Both the position numbers and the translations under genes were made by a program. Below are positions 38,789 through 48,853 of a DNA stretch of 48,853 bases, piece after piece. Under the pieces are notes generated by a model. That model worked only from the letters and a program-made list of their open reading frames with translations. It made no database searches and was not told the DNA's origin. Positions within the stretch are counted from its first letter, which is position 1. Every line of letters begins with the position of its first letter. The DNA comes from Gammaproteobacteria bacterium (GTDB taxonomy: Bacteria > Pseudomonadota > Gammaproteobacteria > SZUA-229), in NCBI GenBank assembly GCA_029287435.1, contig JARFRD010000118.1, positions 1-48,853 on the forward strand, in the 5' to 3' direction.

Positions 38789-39402
38789 TCTACCTCTTCC
38801 AGCTCTGATTCATCCAGATACTGATAGGTAACAGCAGTCAGTTCCATGGTGAGCTTTACACCTTCATCTTTTTCCGGCTGAATTTCGATATCACGCAGCG
38901 TTACGATACGTGGCAGGGCGGCAACGCCACTGACGAACTGTGCGAACTCATGGTAGCGCCCGATAACTTTCAGTTCAATCGGGTATTCGGCATAAAAGTC
39001 TTTTGGTTCAAGACCTTTCGGTTTGAAACGCTGGATTTCGAGGCCACTGGAGATGCCAGTCTGCGAAATATCGGTCAGCAGCGTTTCGATTTCGGTTTTG
39101 TTAGGCAACTGCCTGAGCAAAGCGCCGAATGACTGTTTCATTTCATCCAGCTGCTGTTTGTAAGCATCCAGGTTAGCGGCCTTGGCCTGTTTTTCGTCGA
39201 AAACTTTTTTCAGTTCAGTTTCCTGGCGCTCAACCTTGTCCAGTTGTTTTAGTTGTGATGTCGTATCAATGAAGTAGCCTGCAGCTGCTACCAGTACACA
39301 GATCAGGATGACCAGAATTATCCTGACAACAAGCGGGGCAGAGCCAACATCCTTAAGGTCATTGATATCTATTTCATTCAGATTGATTTCAGAGAGTGCC
39401 AT
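38785..39402 (-). CDS. pilO: Type IV pilus alignment protein PilO
   Basis: KAANLDAYKQQL, LLRQLPNKTEI, FYAEYPI, LPRIVTL. Confidence 0.96.
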   Translation of the reverse strand: MALSEINLNEIDINDLKDVGSAPLVVRIILVILICVLVAAAGYFIDTTSQLKQLDKVERQETELKKVFDEKQAKAANLDAYKQQLDEMKQSFGALLRQLPNKTEIETLLTDISQTGISSGLEIQRFKPKGLEPKDFYAEYPIELKVIGRYHEFAQFVSGVAALPRIVTLRDIEIQPEKDEGVKLTMELTAVTYQYLDESELEEVE

Positions 39403-39965
39403 TAGCCTTCCTCTCCTTCTTCAGTTTTGGGTGAAGACTGTGATGTCGTGAGAACAAAGTCACTGCTGCGTATAGTTTCTTTCTTGCTTTCTATAACAGT
39501 CAGTTTAGGTGTAGCCATCCAGTCAGATGAATCGATATTGCGCATATACGCAGACACACGACCGTTGGATTCAGCGACACCGTTAATCGTGATTTTATTA
39601 CTTACCTGCTTGATACCCGTCAGATAAATACCTTCAGGTACGGTACGTACGATTTCATCAAACAGGCGTACGATCTGCGGTCGTTTCTGCTGTAGTGACT
39701 GGATGATGTCCATACGTGAGAGCAGCTTGGCTTTGGTTTCTTCAAGGCCTTCAATTTCCTTGAGTGCAATATCGAGCTGTGTGATTTCGTTCTCAAGAAT
39801 TGTGTTGCGCTTTTTCTGGTGACTGATCTGACCAGCAATAGTGACGTGAACAAGTCCGATAACTGCCAGCGTCAGGATCACGGAGAATGCCGTCATAGAT
39901 GCAAATTGCCGCGTTTTCTCTTTTCGCAGCTCTTCGCGCCAGGGTAACAGGTTAATATTGGCCAT
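39402..39965 (-). CDS. pilN: Type IV pilus alignment protein PilN
   Basis: N-terminal INLLPWRE, TM, GVAESNGRVSAYMRN. Confidence 0.96.
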   Translation of the reverse strand: MANINLLPWREELRKEKTRQFASMTAFSVILTLAVIGLVHVTIAGQISHQKKRNTILENEITQLDIALKEIEGLEETKAKLLSRMDIIQSLQQKRPQIVRLFDEIVRTVPEGIYLTGIKQVSNKITINGVAESNGRVSAYMRNIDSSDWMATPKLTVIESKKETIRSSDFVLTTSQSSPKTEEGEEG

Positions 39966-41026
39966 TAGTCAAAACTCCTCAACGCTAGACCACAGGCAAT
40001 CATTAACGATGGTGCATCCTTACTTAATGACTGTGGATTTACCTTCGATGAAAGCGACATATTGGCGAAAGGATTCGCAATAACTGTTTTTGTCCCAAGA
40101 TGAGACTCAATCAGTTCATCAATGCCTGGTATGGATGCACAGCCGCCGGCGAGTGCAATCAGGTCAACGGAATTATGCTGTCCGGCAGTGTAGAAGAACT
40201 GCAGGAAGCGACTAACCTGCTGTGCGATAGTTTCCTTAAAAGGCTCCAGCACTTCAGGGATATAGTTATCAGGGAGGCCGCCGCTCTTTTTCAGGCGCCC
40301 GGCTTCTTCATACGCGAGACCGTAGCGACGCATGATCTCTTCAGTCAGCTGCTTGCCGCCGAAGTTTTGCTCACGTGTATATATAAGGTTACCGTTCTGA
40401 ATAACATTCAGGCAGGTCATGGTTGCGCCGATATCAATTACAGCGATGATCTTGTCCTTGCCGCCATCTTCCAGATGCGCAGTCAGCAGCGGAGCAACAT
40501 TTTCTACGGTGTAGGCTTCAACATCGACAACCTTTGCCTTGAGGCCACCGATTTCCAGTGCATCGGAACGCGTTTCGATGTTTTCACTGCGTGAGGCAGC
40601 AAGCAGAACGTCGACAGCTTCCGGATTGTTCTCGGTAGGGCCGATAACTTCGAAATCCAGGTTAATTTCTTCGAGCGGATACGGGATATATTGATCGGCT
40701 TCCAGCTGGATCTGTTGTTCCAGCTCTTTTTCGCTCTGGTTGGCCGGCATGTTGATGATTTTCGTAATCACCGCCGATCCGGCAACCGCCACAGCGGCCA
40801 GCTTGGCTTTAGTGCCCGAACGCTTTACGGCTTTCTGGATGGTCTCGCCAATGGCTTCCACATCCTGGAAATTTTTCTCAACCACAGCATTATCCGGCAG
40901 TGGTTCCACGGCCAGGCTTTGAACTCTGTAGTTATCCCCGTCTTTTGCCAGTTCAAGCAGTTTTACCGATGTAGAACTGATATCTAGCCCCAGAATAACG
41001 GGTTTCTTGCGACTCAGCAGAGACAC
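39965..41026 (-). CDS. pilM: Type IV pilus assembly actin-like protein PilM
   Basis: LGLDISSTSVKLLEL, EADQYIPYP, IDIGATMT, FGGKQLTE, ACGLALRSFD. Confidence 0.97.
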   Translation of the reverse strand: MSLLSRKKPVILGLDISSTSVKLLELAKDGDNYRVQSLAVEPLPDNAVVEKNFQDVEAIGETIQKAVKRSGTKAKLAAVAVAGSAVITKIINMPANQSEKELEQQIQLEADQYIPYPLEEINLDFEVIGPTENNPEAVDVLLAASRSENIETRSDALEIGGLKAKVVDVEAYTVENVAPLLTAHLEDGGKDKIIAVIDIGATMTCLNVIQNGNLIYTREQNFGGKQLTEEIMRRYGLAYEEAGRLKKSGGLPDNYIPEVLEPFKETIAQQVSRFLQFFYTAGQHNSVDLIALAGGCASIPGIDELIESHLGTKTVIANPFANMSLSSKVNPQSLSKDAPSLMIACGLALRSFD

Positions 41027-41210
41027 GTCATCATCCCCTAATCCATTTATTTTAAGGTTGTTATTATTTTGTTGTAATTATTTGCATTAAATAATAGACG
41101 CAAGTATTGAAAAATACTAGTGAGCGCCAGTTAAATAATGTCGCCATTGTGGGCGTAAATGTCTATAATTTCCAACCCACAATACTTGCAAGCCCTCTGG
41201 ATAGATAGTT

Positions 41211-43724
41211 GTGAACATTTTCATCAGATTGCTCAAAACCGGTGTCTTTTTTGCACTGATTCTCTTCACAGTTTCAGCTATCACATTAGCCGGGCTTTAT
41301 GTGTACCTGAGTCCGCAGTTACCGTCCATTGAAGGACTTAGTGATGTACGGTTACAGGTCCCACTCCGAATATATAGCAGTGATGGATCATTATTGGGTG
41401 AATTTGGAGAAAAAAGACGTAATCCGAAAACACTCGAAGAAATACCTGAGCGTGTAACGCAGGCCTTTCTTTCTGCGGAAGATGATCGTTTCTTCGATCA
41501 TCCCGGTGTTGATTACCAGGGTATTTTACGCGCACTGGTAAATCTTATCTCAACCGGTGAACGTGGCCAGGGTGGCAGTACCATTACCATGCAGCTGGCG
41601 AGAAACTTCTACCTTAGCAGTGAAAAGACCTATATTCGCAAGCTCAGTGAAATCTTTCTCGCACTTAAAATCGAGCGAGAATTGAGCAAGGAAAAAATTC
41701 TTGAGCTTTACCTGAATAAAATCTATCTCGGCAACCGCTCATATGGTGTTGCTGCAGCTGCACAGGTTTACTACGGTACTACGCTTGATGAACTGACCTT
41801 GCCACAAATTGCCATGATAGCCGGCTTGCCAAAAGCGCCTTCGCGTTACAACCCGATTGTCAATCCCGAACGAGCGGTTACCCGGCGCAACTACGTATTG
41901 TCGCGCATGCGCCAACTGGATTTCATTACTGAAGAAGAGTATGAAATTGCGAAAGAGACACCAGTCTCGGCTGTGCTTCATCGTGGCAATGTGCAGGTGA
42001 GTGCACATTATATAAATGAGATGGTGCGCAAGCAGATCGTCGAACAATTTGGCGACGAGGCTTACACGCGCGGACTTAGTGTTTATACGACGGTAAAAGA
42101 CCGTCTGCAGCAAGCGGCCAATGAAAGCATCTGGAATGGCCTCGTGGCCTATGATCGCAGGCATGGCTACCGTGGAGTGATACGTCATGTCCAGGTGTAT
42201 GATGATGAGCCAACGACAGAACTGTACCAGCAGCTGAAAGATGATCGTAATTACAGCAAGTTCAAACCTGCGATCGTACTATCCATCGACACGGCACAGG
42301 TAGCCGTGCCAAAACCGGTAGCGGCGGATGCAGAAAAAACTGACAGTGAAGCTGCCGTCGAAATGACGACTACCACGGTGCAGCAAGTGCGATTTGCACT
42401 TAAGGATGGCAGCGAGCACACGATGGGTTTCGAAGGCCTGAAATGGGCGAAACCTTATATCAGTGTAAACAGGATTGGTGACGCACCCGAGACTGTTGAG
42501 GATGTGGTCAAACCGGGTGATGTGATCTGGGTTGTAGAGAAAAAACCGGGTGAATGGGAACTGGGCCAGGTGCCGGAAGCACAGGCCGCTATTGTAGCCA
42601 TATCGCCTAATGATGGTGCTATCGAAGCCTTGACCGGTGGTTTTGACTTCCAGTACAGCAAGTTCAACCGTGCTGTGCAGGCAAAGCGACAGGCAGGCTC
42701 GGGCTTTAAACCGTATGTCTATTCAGCGGCACTGGCCAAATCCATGACTCCGGCCACGTTGATTAACGATGCGCCGGTCGTATTCGAGGATGATGCCCTT
42801 GAAGCCAGCTGGCGACCTGAAAATTACAGTGGCAGGTTCTTTGGGCCAACGCGCTTGCGTATGGCCCTGTACAAGTCGCGTAACCTGGTTTCCATTCGTA
42901 TTCTGAACAGCATCGGTATTCGCCATGCCACGCGTTATGCGAGCAAGTTCGGCTTCAATGAAAAAGAATTGCGTCGCGACCTGTCACTGGCGCTTGGTAG
43001 CGCCGAGGTTAGCCCATTGCAGCAGGCGCGTGGTTATGCTGTGTTTGCCAATGGCGGCTACCTGATAGAGCCTTATGTGATTGATCGTATCGAGGATGCT
43101 GACGGTACAGTGCTTTATGAAGCAGACCCGGTTGTGGCTTGCGTACGTTGTGTGCTCAACGACAGGCGCTGGAGCAAGCCATCAGTCTCGGGTGAAGAAA
43201 ATCCGCTGGCCAGGCTGCCAAAACAGGCTGAACAGACACTGGAACCGCGACTGGTCTACCAGATGGATTCGATCCTCAAGGATGTGATATTGCGCGGTAC
43301 GGGTGTGCGTGCAAAAGCCCTTGGCCGCAGTGATATCGCCGGGAAAACCGGTACCACCAATGACCAGCGTGATGCCTGGTTCAATGGTTACAATCCTGAC
43401 CTGGTCGCCATTACCTGGATTGGTTTTGATCAGTTGAAACCGCTCGGCAGTAAGGAAACCGGGTCCAGCGCAGCCTTACCGATCTGGATCGATTTTATGC
43501 GCACGGCATTGGCCGGCAAGCCCGAGAAGCAGATGCCACGTCCCAGGGGGCTGGTTACAGTGAAGATCAACGCACAAACCGGTGAGCTTGCTACAGACAA
43601 GGATGCGGAGACGGTATTCGAAATTTTCAGAAGCGAGAACGCGCCGGGCGTCAAAGAAACTGTAACCGAAACACCGATTACACCCGGCGACAATAGCACG
43701 CCTATCCCGGAACAGTTATTCTAG
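41211..43724 (+). CDS. mrcA: Penicillin-binding protein 1A
   Basis: TG motifs AEDDRF, GGSTITMQL, RKLSE; TP motifs SGFK, SRN, KTG; divergent from pilM. Confidence 0.97.
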   Translation: MNIFIRLLKTGVFFALILFTVSAITLAGLYVYLSPQLPSIEGLSDVRLQVPLRIYSSDGSLLGEFGEKRRNPKTLEEIPERVTQAFLSAEDDRFFDHPGVDYQGILRALVNLISTGERGQGGSTITMQLARNFYLSSEKTYIRKLSEIFLALKIERELSKEKILELYLNKIYLGNRSYGVAAAAQVYYGTTLDELTLPQIAMIAGLPKAPSRYNPIVNPERAVTRRNYVLSRMRQLDFITEEEYEIAKETPVSAVLHRGNVQVSAHYINEMVRKQIVEQFGDEAYTRGLSVYTTVKDRLQQAANESIWNGLVAYDRRHGYRGVIRHVQVYDDEPTTELYQQLKDDRNYSKFKPAIVLSIDTAQVAVPKPVAADAEKTDSEAAVEMTTTTVQQVRFALKDGSEHTMGFEGLKWAKPYISVNRIGDAPETVEDVVKPGDVIWVVEKKPGEWELGQVPEAQAAIVAISPNDGAIEALTGGFDFQYSKFNRAVQAKRQAGSGFKPYVYSAALAKSMTPATLINDAPVVFEDDALEASWRPENYSGRFFGPTRLRMALYKSRNLVSIRILNSIGIRHATRYASKFGFNEKELRRDLSLALGSAEVSPLQQARGYAVFANGGYLIEPYVIDRIEDADGTVLYEADPVVACVRCVLNDRRWSKPSVSGEENPLARLPKQAEQTLEPRLVYQMDSILKDVILRGTGVRAKALGRSDIAGKTGTTNDQRDAWFNGYNPDLVAITWIGFDQLKPLGSKETGSSAALPIWIDFMRTALAGKPEKQMPRPRGLVTVKINAQTGELATDKDAETVFEIFRSENAPGVKETVTETPITPGDNSTPIPEQLF

Positions 43725-43751
43725 CTTTGATCTGTTTTACAGCGCGCAGGG

Positions 43752-46025
43752 CTAATCGTGTGTCCAGCGCCGTCCCAGGTAAAAATAGATCGACGAGTCA
43801 TTCGCATCATTGATGCCATAAGCCAGGTACACCGGACCAAGGAAGGTATCTGCGCCAATAAATGCACTGCCAGCGAAAATGCTGTTGCTTAAACTGGCAT
43901 CATCCCTGTTATCCCAGGCATTGCCGGCCTCCAGTGTTACCCCGGCATACATTGGCAACAGGCTGATATTGCCCAGGCGGCGATAAATTGCACCCCCGAT
44001 AAAACTGAAATGCTGACCACTGAGCTCACGATCGATGGTGCCGGAGACTTCAAAAAAGCCACCGCGCCTGTACAGGGCATTAAACGGTGCATTTTCGTCC
44101 ACGGTGGTTTCGAGAATGGTTCGGCCGTGGATTGTGTTTTTGCCCCACGTGCCAGAGACGCCAAGCTCGAACATTACCTGGTCATAATCAAGGTCTGCAC
44201 CGATGTCTTCCCTGTTGCCTCGCCATTGCAGTTTGCCGTAAACGCCACGCGTTGGAAAATCGACATTGTTCTGTGTATCGGTCAACAGTCTTACGGATAA
44301 ACCACCTTCGTCGAAGTCGCTATCTACATTTGGGCTCTGGCCAACAATGGTTTTCGTTCTACCGACACTTCTGAACAGGCTGAGGCGTAATTCACTGTGG
44401 CGTTCAAAAATACGTCCAACTGACAGATCGATAATATTCCTGTGGAAACGCAATACGTTATCAACGTTGTTATTATTGGAGACAACCGGGAATAAGGTTG
44501 TCAGAAATCCTGCGTCAGCAGATACAAAAAAGTTAAGGTGTTTGTCGATGGGTTGATAAATACCCGCAGTCAATCGTGGTTCACTCCCTGCCGCAGCGGT
44601 GGCGCGGAATTCACCGCCGAGCCTGTTTATCGCAGGATTGGTGTAGACGAAATCAAAGTTGGCGTTGGCGCCAATGTCGAATTCAGTACGTAAGGTAAAT
44701 CCGATCTGCAGGTAATTTGGTGCCCATTCACGCTTGCGCACGTAGATGACGAGGGTCGTCTTGTCTTCATGCATAACAAGATCGTAGACAACCGTACTGG
44801 AGAGGTCCAGTCCGTAAATAGCCAGCAGGTCACGCTCCAGTTGTTCGACATCAAGAGGCTTGCCCAGCTGCTGATTGATCATGCGTGAAATAATTTCGTT
44901 ATCGAGCCTCGTCTGGTTCTTGACTTCAACGGCATCAATCACTGGAGTGTGTCGTATAACGTCACGCAGGCTGGAGCGATAGTATTGATATTCGCCGGCA
45001 TTCAGCGAGAGGTTTTCTAACTCATCAAGATGACGATTGGCAGAATCAGTTCCTTCCTGAACTAATGCAGCATATTCATTAAAACTTGCTGAAGAAAGAT
45101 CCTCACGACCGGGCACAATCAGAACATCATAGTTATGCAGGGTTTTGATCTGTAGATCTGCAACACGCCGGGTCAGGATAGTGGTCAGCTGGCCGGTAAC
45201 AGCGAAGCTCGAGCTAAGGTTGTCCTTGGTAGCCAGGGGTGCGCTGACATCAACCACGATAACAATGTCTGCGCCCATGTCGCGCGCAACATCAATAGGT
45301 ACGTTATTACCTATGCCGCCGTCGACCAGCAATTTGCCATTATGTTTGACGGGTGGCAGTGCGCCTGGGATCGACATGCTGGCACGCATGGCCTTGGCCA
45401 GGTTGCCTTCACCAAGAATAACGGCATCACCGGTTTCGATATCTGTAGCGATGGCTCTGTACGGTATACGCAACTGGTCAAAATCGGTGATGTGAAAGCC
45501 GGGGTGAGCGAGACGGTCGAGAGCCACTTCTATATGCTGGCCTTCGATCAGGCCTGGAGACAGTTGCAGACCTTTCTCGCTAACGCCAATACGATGCTGA
45601 CTGGTAAACAGATAGTCATCCTGCTTGCGCCTGAAGGAACGGAACTCGCGTTTGGCGTAGTCGTTGAATACCAGGTCCCACTCGATATTTTTAACGCCAT
45701 CTTCAATCTCATCCGGCGTTAATCCAAGTGCGTACAAACCGCCGACGATGGAACCCATGCTGGTGCCGACCACGTAGTCGATGGGTATATTCAGTTCTTC
45801 GAGTTTTTTCAGTACACCGATATGGGCAAAACCACGAGCGCCGCCACCGCTTAACACGAGACCGACTTTTGGTCGGTTTTCTTCTACCCGGGCCTGAGCT
45901 GCATAGGTTATATCTGTGACAGACATACCAATCACACAGGCAAGCGAAACAAGGAGCAGTACGGGTATTGCTGGGAGAATTGACTGATTGTGAAAACGCT
46001 TGCCTGAACGCATGCGAATAGTCAC
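43752..46025 (-). CDS. Patatin-POTRA-Omp85 barrel fusion (PlpD-like, type Vd autotransporter)
   Basis: LSGGGARG, GTSMG, DGG patatin motifs; POTRA-like segment; barrel end DTFLGPVYLAYG...YFYLG; start uncertain. Confidence 0.85.
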   Translation of the reverse strand: MTIRMRSGKRFHNQSILPAIPVLLLVSLACVIGMSVTDITYAAQARVEENRPKVGLVLSGGGARGFAHIGVLKKLEELNIPIDYVVGTSMGSIVGGLYALGLTPDEIEDGVKNIEWDLVFNDYAKREFRSFRRKQDDYLFTSQHRIGVSEKGLQLSPGLIEGQHIEVALDRLAHPGFHITDFDQLRIPYRAIATDIETGDAVILGEGNLAKAMRASMSIPGALPPVKHNGKLLVDGGIGNNVPIDVARDMGADIVIVVDVSAPLATKDNLSSSFAVTGQLTTILTRRVADLQIKTLHNYDVLIVPGREDLSSASFNEYAALVQEGTDSANRHLDELENLSLNAGEYQYYRSSLRDVIRHTPVIDAVEVKNQTRLDNEIISRMINQQLGKPLDVEQLERDLLAIYGLDLSSTVVYDLVMHEDKTTLVIYVRKREWAPNYLQIGFTLRTEFDIGANANFDFVYTNPAINRLGGEFRATAAAGSEPRLTAGIYQPIDKHLNFFVSADAGFLTTLFPVVSNNNNVDNVLRFHRNIIDLSVGRIFERHSELRLSLFRSVGRTKTIVGQSPNVDSDFDEGGLSVRLLTDTQNNVDFPTRGVYGKLQWRGNREDIGADLDYDQVMFELGVSGTWGKNTIHGRTILETTVDENAPFNALYRRGGFFEVSGTIDRELSGQHFSFIGGAIYRRLGNISLLPMYAGVTLEAGNAWDNRDDASLSNSIFAGSAFIGADTFLGPVYLAYGINDANDSSIYFYLGRRWTHD

Positions 46026-46077
46026 CCGTTTTTACAGGTGATTATATCTTAAAGCAGGAAAAGGCAACGGAAGGCTT

Positions 46078-47145
46078 TTATTGATGATATTGAGCGCTGA
46101 GGGTATGCACAGCCTCAACCAGGGCGGCAACATTATCCGGGTCAATATTTGGTGTGATGCCGTGGCCGAGGTTGAATACGTGGCCGTTGCCATTGCCAAA
46201 ATCGGCAAGAATGCGTGCAACTTCCTTCTCAATCGTTGCTGGATTGGTCGCCATGATCGCAGGATCCATGTTGCCCTGTAGCGCAACCTTGTCGCCAACA
46301 AGTTCACGCGCGCGAGAAAGGCTCATGGTCCAGTCGAGGCCGAGCGCATCGCAGCCGGTAGCTGCGAGTTCCGCTAACCACAGACCACCGCCCTTGGTAA
46401 ACAGAATGGCCGGGATTTGTTTGCCGTCATATTCGCGATGAAGCTGGTCAACGATGCGTTGCATGTAAGCCAGCGAGAAAGCCTTGAAATGTGGATCAGA
46501 CAGAGCGCCACCCCAGCTGTCGAATACCATCACGGCCTGGGCGCCGGCTTCAATCTGGGCATTCAGGTAGACTGCTACCGAGTCGGCAAGCTTGCTTAAT
46601 AACAGGTGAGCTGAGTCAGGCTCGGCAAACAGCATGGATTTGATTTTGGAGAAGGCCTTGCTACTGCCGCCCTCGACCATGTAGGTTGCCAGTGTCCACG
46701 GGCTACCGGAAAAGCCGATCAATGGGACCTTGCCATCGAGTTCACTACGAATCAGGCGCACAGCATCAATGACGTAACGTAATTCCTGTTCGGGATCGGG
46801 GATGCCGATCTTTTCGATATCGGCAGCAGTGCTGACCGGTGATTTGAATTTGGGGCCTTCGCCTTCTTCAAAGTACAGCCCGAGGCCCATGGCATCGGGT
46901 ATGGTCAGGATATCCGAGAACAGGATGGCGGCATCCAGTTCGAAGCGGCGTAAAGGTTGCAGGGTTACTTCGCAGGCCAGTTCCGGTGTGCTGCACAGAG
47001 TCATGAAATCACCGGCCTGGGCGCGTACCTCACGGTATTCCGGCAGATAGCGACCTGCCTGGCGCATGATCCAGATCGGGGTTTTATCAACGGGCTGGCG
47101 CAGAAGGGCGCGAATGAATCGGTCGTTTTTGAGTTCAGCTGCCAT
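46078..47145 (-). CDS. hemE: Uroporphyrinogen decarboxylase
   Basis: [43 protein letters not shown]. Confidence 0.98.
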   Translation of the reverse strand: MAAELKNDRFIRALLRQPVDKTPIWIMRQAGRYLPEYREVRAQAGDFMTLCSTPELACEVTLQPLRRFELDAAILFSDILTIPDAMGLGLYFEEGEGPKFKSPVSTAADIEKIGIPDPEQELRYVIDAVRLIRSELDGKVPLIGFSGSPWTLATYMVEGGSSKAFSKIKSMLFAEPDSAHLLLSKLADSVAVYLNAQIEAGAQAVMVFDSWGGALSDPHFKAFSLAYMQRIVDQLHREYDGKQIPAILFTKGGGLWLAELAATGCDALGLDWTMSLSRARELVGDKVALQGNMDPAIMATNPATIEKEVARILADFGNGNGHVFNLGHGITPNIDPDNVAALVEAVHTLSAQYHQ

Positions 47146-47163
47146 GCCGGTGGATGTTTTTAA

Positions 47164-47613
47164 CTAGCCCAGCAGGGTCTTGATTTTACCACTGACTGCG
47201 CCCATGTCGGCACGTCCGGTAATCTGGGGTTTGACGATACCCATCACCTTGCCCATATCTTTCATCGACTCGGCACCTGTCTGGCTGATCGCCTGGTTGA
47301 TGATGGTTTCGATTTCTTCTTCACTCAGCGGCTGCGGCAGGAAATCCGCAATCACATCGATTTCAGCTTTTTCCTTGCTGGCGAGATCGTCACGACCACC
47401 CTGTTCGTACTGGCTGATCGATTCACGGCGCTGCTTGACCATTTTGTCGAGAATGCCGAGTACGCGATCATCATCGAGTTCGATGCGTTCATCGACCTCG
47501 ACCTGTTTCATCGCAGACAGCATCAGGCGTACGACAGCCAGGCGCTCTTTATCACCGCTTTTCATGGCGGTTTTCATGGCGTCCTGGATCTGTTCTTTCA
47601 GGGCGCTACTCAT
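47164..47613 (-). CDS. yqeY: GatB/YqeY domain protein
   Basis: LKEQIQDAMKTAMK, KQRRESISQY, MKDMGKVMG; follows rpsU. Confidence 0.94.
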   Translation of the reverse strand: MSSALKEQIQDAMKTAMKSGDKERLAVVRLMLSAMKQVEVDERIELDDDRVLGILDKMVKQRRESISQYEQGGRDDLASKEKAEIDVIADFLPQPLSEEEIETIINQAISQTGAESMKDMGKVMGIVKPQITGRADMGAVSGKIKTLLG

Positions 47614-47628
47614 GGATGAGAGCGGGTA

Positions 47629-47859
47629 TTAGCGACGGCGCTGGTGGGGGGAGCGAGCCATGCGACCGCGTTCTTTAGACAGCTTTTTCAGGTGTCTTTT
47701 AACGGCAGCAGCAGCTTTGCGCTTGCGTTCTGCAGTGGGCTTTTCATAAGCTTCACGGCGACGAACTTCAGTCAGTACACCTGCTTTTTCACAGGAGCGC
47801 TTGAAACGGCGCAGAGCAACGTCAAATGGTTCGTTTTCTTTAACTCGAATTGCTGGCAT
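47629..47859 (-). CDS. rpsU: 30S ribosomal protein S21
   Basis: [27 protein letters not shown]...YEKPT. Confidence 0.98.
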   Translation of the reverse strand: MPAIRVKENEPFDVALRRFKRSCEKAGVLTEVRRREAYEKPTAERKRKAAAAVKRHLKKLSKERGRMARSPHQRRR

Positions 47860-47992
47860 AAAACCTTTCCTAAAAATCCCTGTTCGTCAGGGGGGTATAA
47901 GTTATTCGCAAATATCGCGGTAAGCCGGGTATTATATATCACTTTGTCGCTATCGTACAAAACGAAATATTACGTAAATTACTCAAATCCCA

Positions 47993-48737
47993 ATGATTGT
48001 TCTCGGAATCGAAAGCTCCTGCGATGAAACCGGTCTCGCTGTCTATGACAGTGAGCGTGGTTTGCGTGCGCATGTGCTGCACAGTCAGGTCGAGTTACAT
48101 GCTGAATATGGTGGTGTGGTGCCGGAACTGGCTTCACGTGACCATATACGTTACCTGTTACCCCTGGCCGAGGACGTATTCGCACAGGCCGGAATTGACA
48201 AATCGCAGCTCGATGCAGTTGCATACACCGCAGGGCCGGGCCTGATAGGCGCATTAATGTCCGGCGCAGCAGTAGCGCGCAGCCTGGCCTGGGCACTGGA
48301 TATACCCGCGGTAGAGGTGCATCACATGGAAGGCCACCTGTTGGCACCGTTGCTGGAAGACAAAGCGCCCGAGTTTCCGTTCGTGGCGCTGCTGGTGTCG
48401 GGCGGGCATACACTGCTGGCACACGTGCGCGCTATCGGTGATTACGAAATTATTGGTCAGAGCCTGGATGATGCAGCGGGCGAAGCGTTCGACAAGACGG
48501 CAAAAATGCTGGGTATGGGTTACCCGGGAGGACCCGTGCTGGCGCAGGCTGCCCAGTCAGGCAGGCCTGGTGCATTTACCTTTCCCAGACCGATGACCGA
48601 CCGGCCAGGGCTGGATTTCAGTTTCAGCGGGCTCAAGACCTTTGCGCTGAATACCTGGCAACAGCAGCGCAAGCATGTTGAAGACTGCGCGGGGAATATT
48701 GAGCAGTTGCGCAATGATATCGCGCTCGCATTCGAGC
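47993..48737 (+). CDS. tsaD: tRNA t6A37 threonylcarbamoyltransferase TsaD (3'-truncated by adapter)
   Basis: [53 protein letters not shown]; genomic sequence ends at 48737. Confidence 0.96.

Positions 48738-48853
<116 letters not shown>

Overview
Gammaproteobacterial chromosomal segment, probably a metagenomic contig: the right end is Nextera adapter read-through plus poly-G. It is mostly conserved core genome: type IV pilus loci (pilT-pilU-pilU2; pilGHIJ-chpA-chpC; pilMNOPQ with divergent mrcA), yggT-proC, gshB-apbE-tonB-yqgE-yqgF-pyrR-pyrB-pyrC', a methyl-cycle cluster metK-ahcY-metF-rsmE, aroK-aroB-dgt-dnaG, rpsU-yqeY-hemE-patatin/Omp85 and a truncated tsaD. Two riboswitches are visible: SAM-II with a terminator/antiterminator before metK, and SAH before ahcY. 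The most unusual part is the accessory island at about 5.4-9.4 kb. There, unrelated single genes are each delimited by copies of a ~32-bp site with 12-bp inverted arms and an 8-bp asymmetric core. This looks like a tyrosine-recombinase site and suggests a non-integron gene-cassette array, although no recombinase is in the window. The island also holds nested 3'-coterminal repeats and an unannotated 37-aa membrane ORF downstream of FNR-like and Fur-like boxes. Other oddities: gshB has a 1-nt frameshift, yggS is absent, the rpsU-dnaG-rpoD operon is broken, and ChpA has a recent 61-bp internal duplication.
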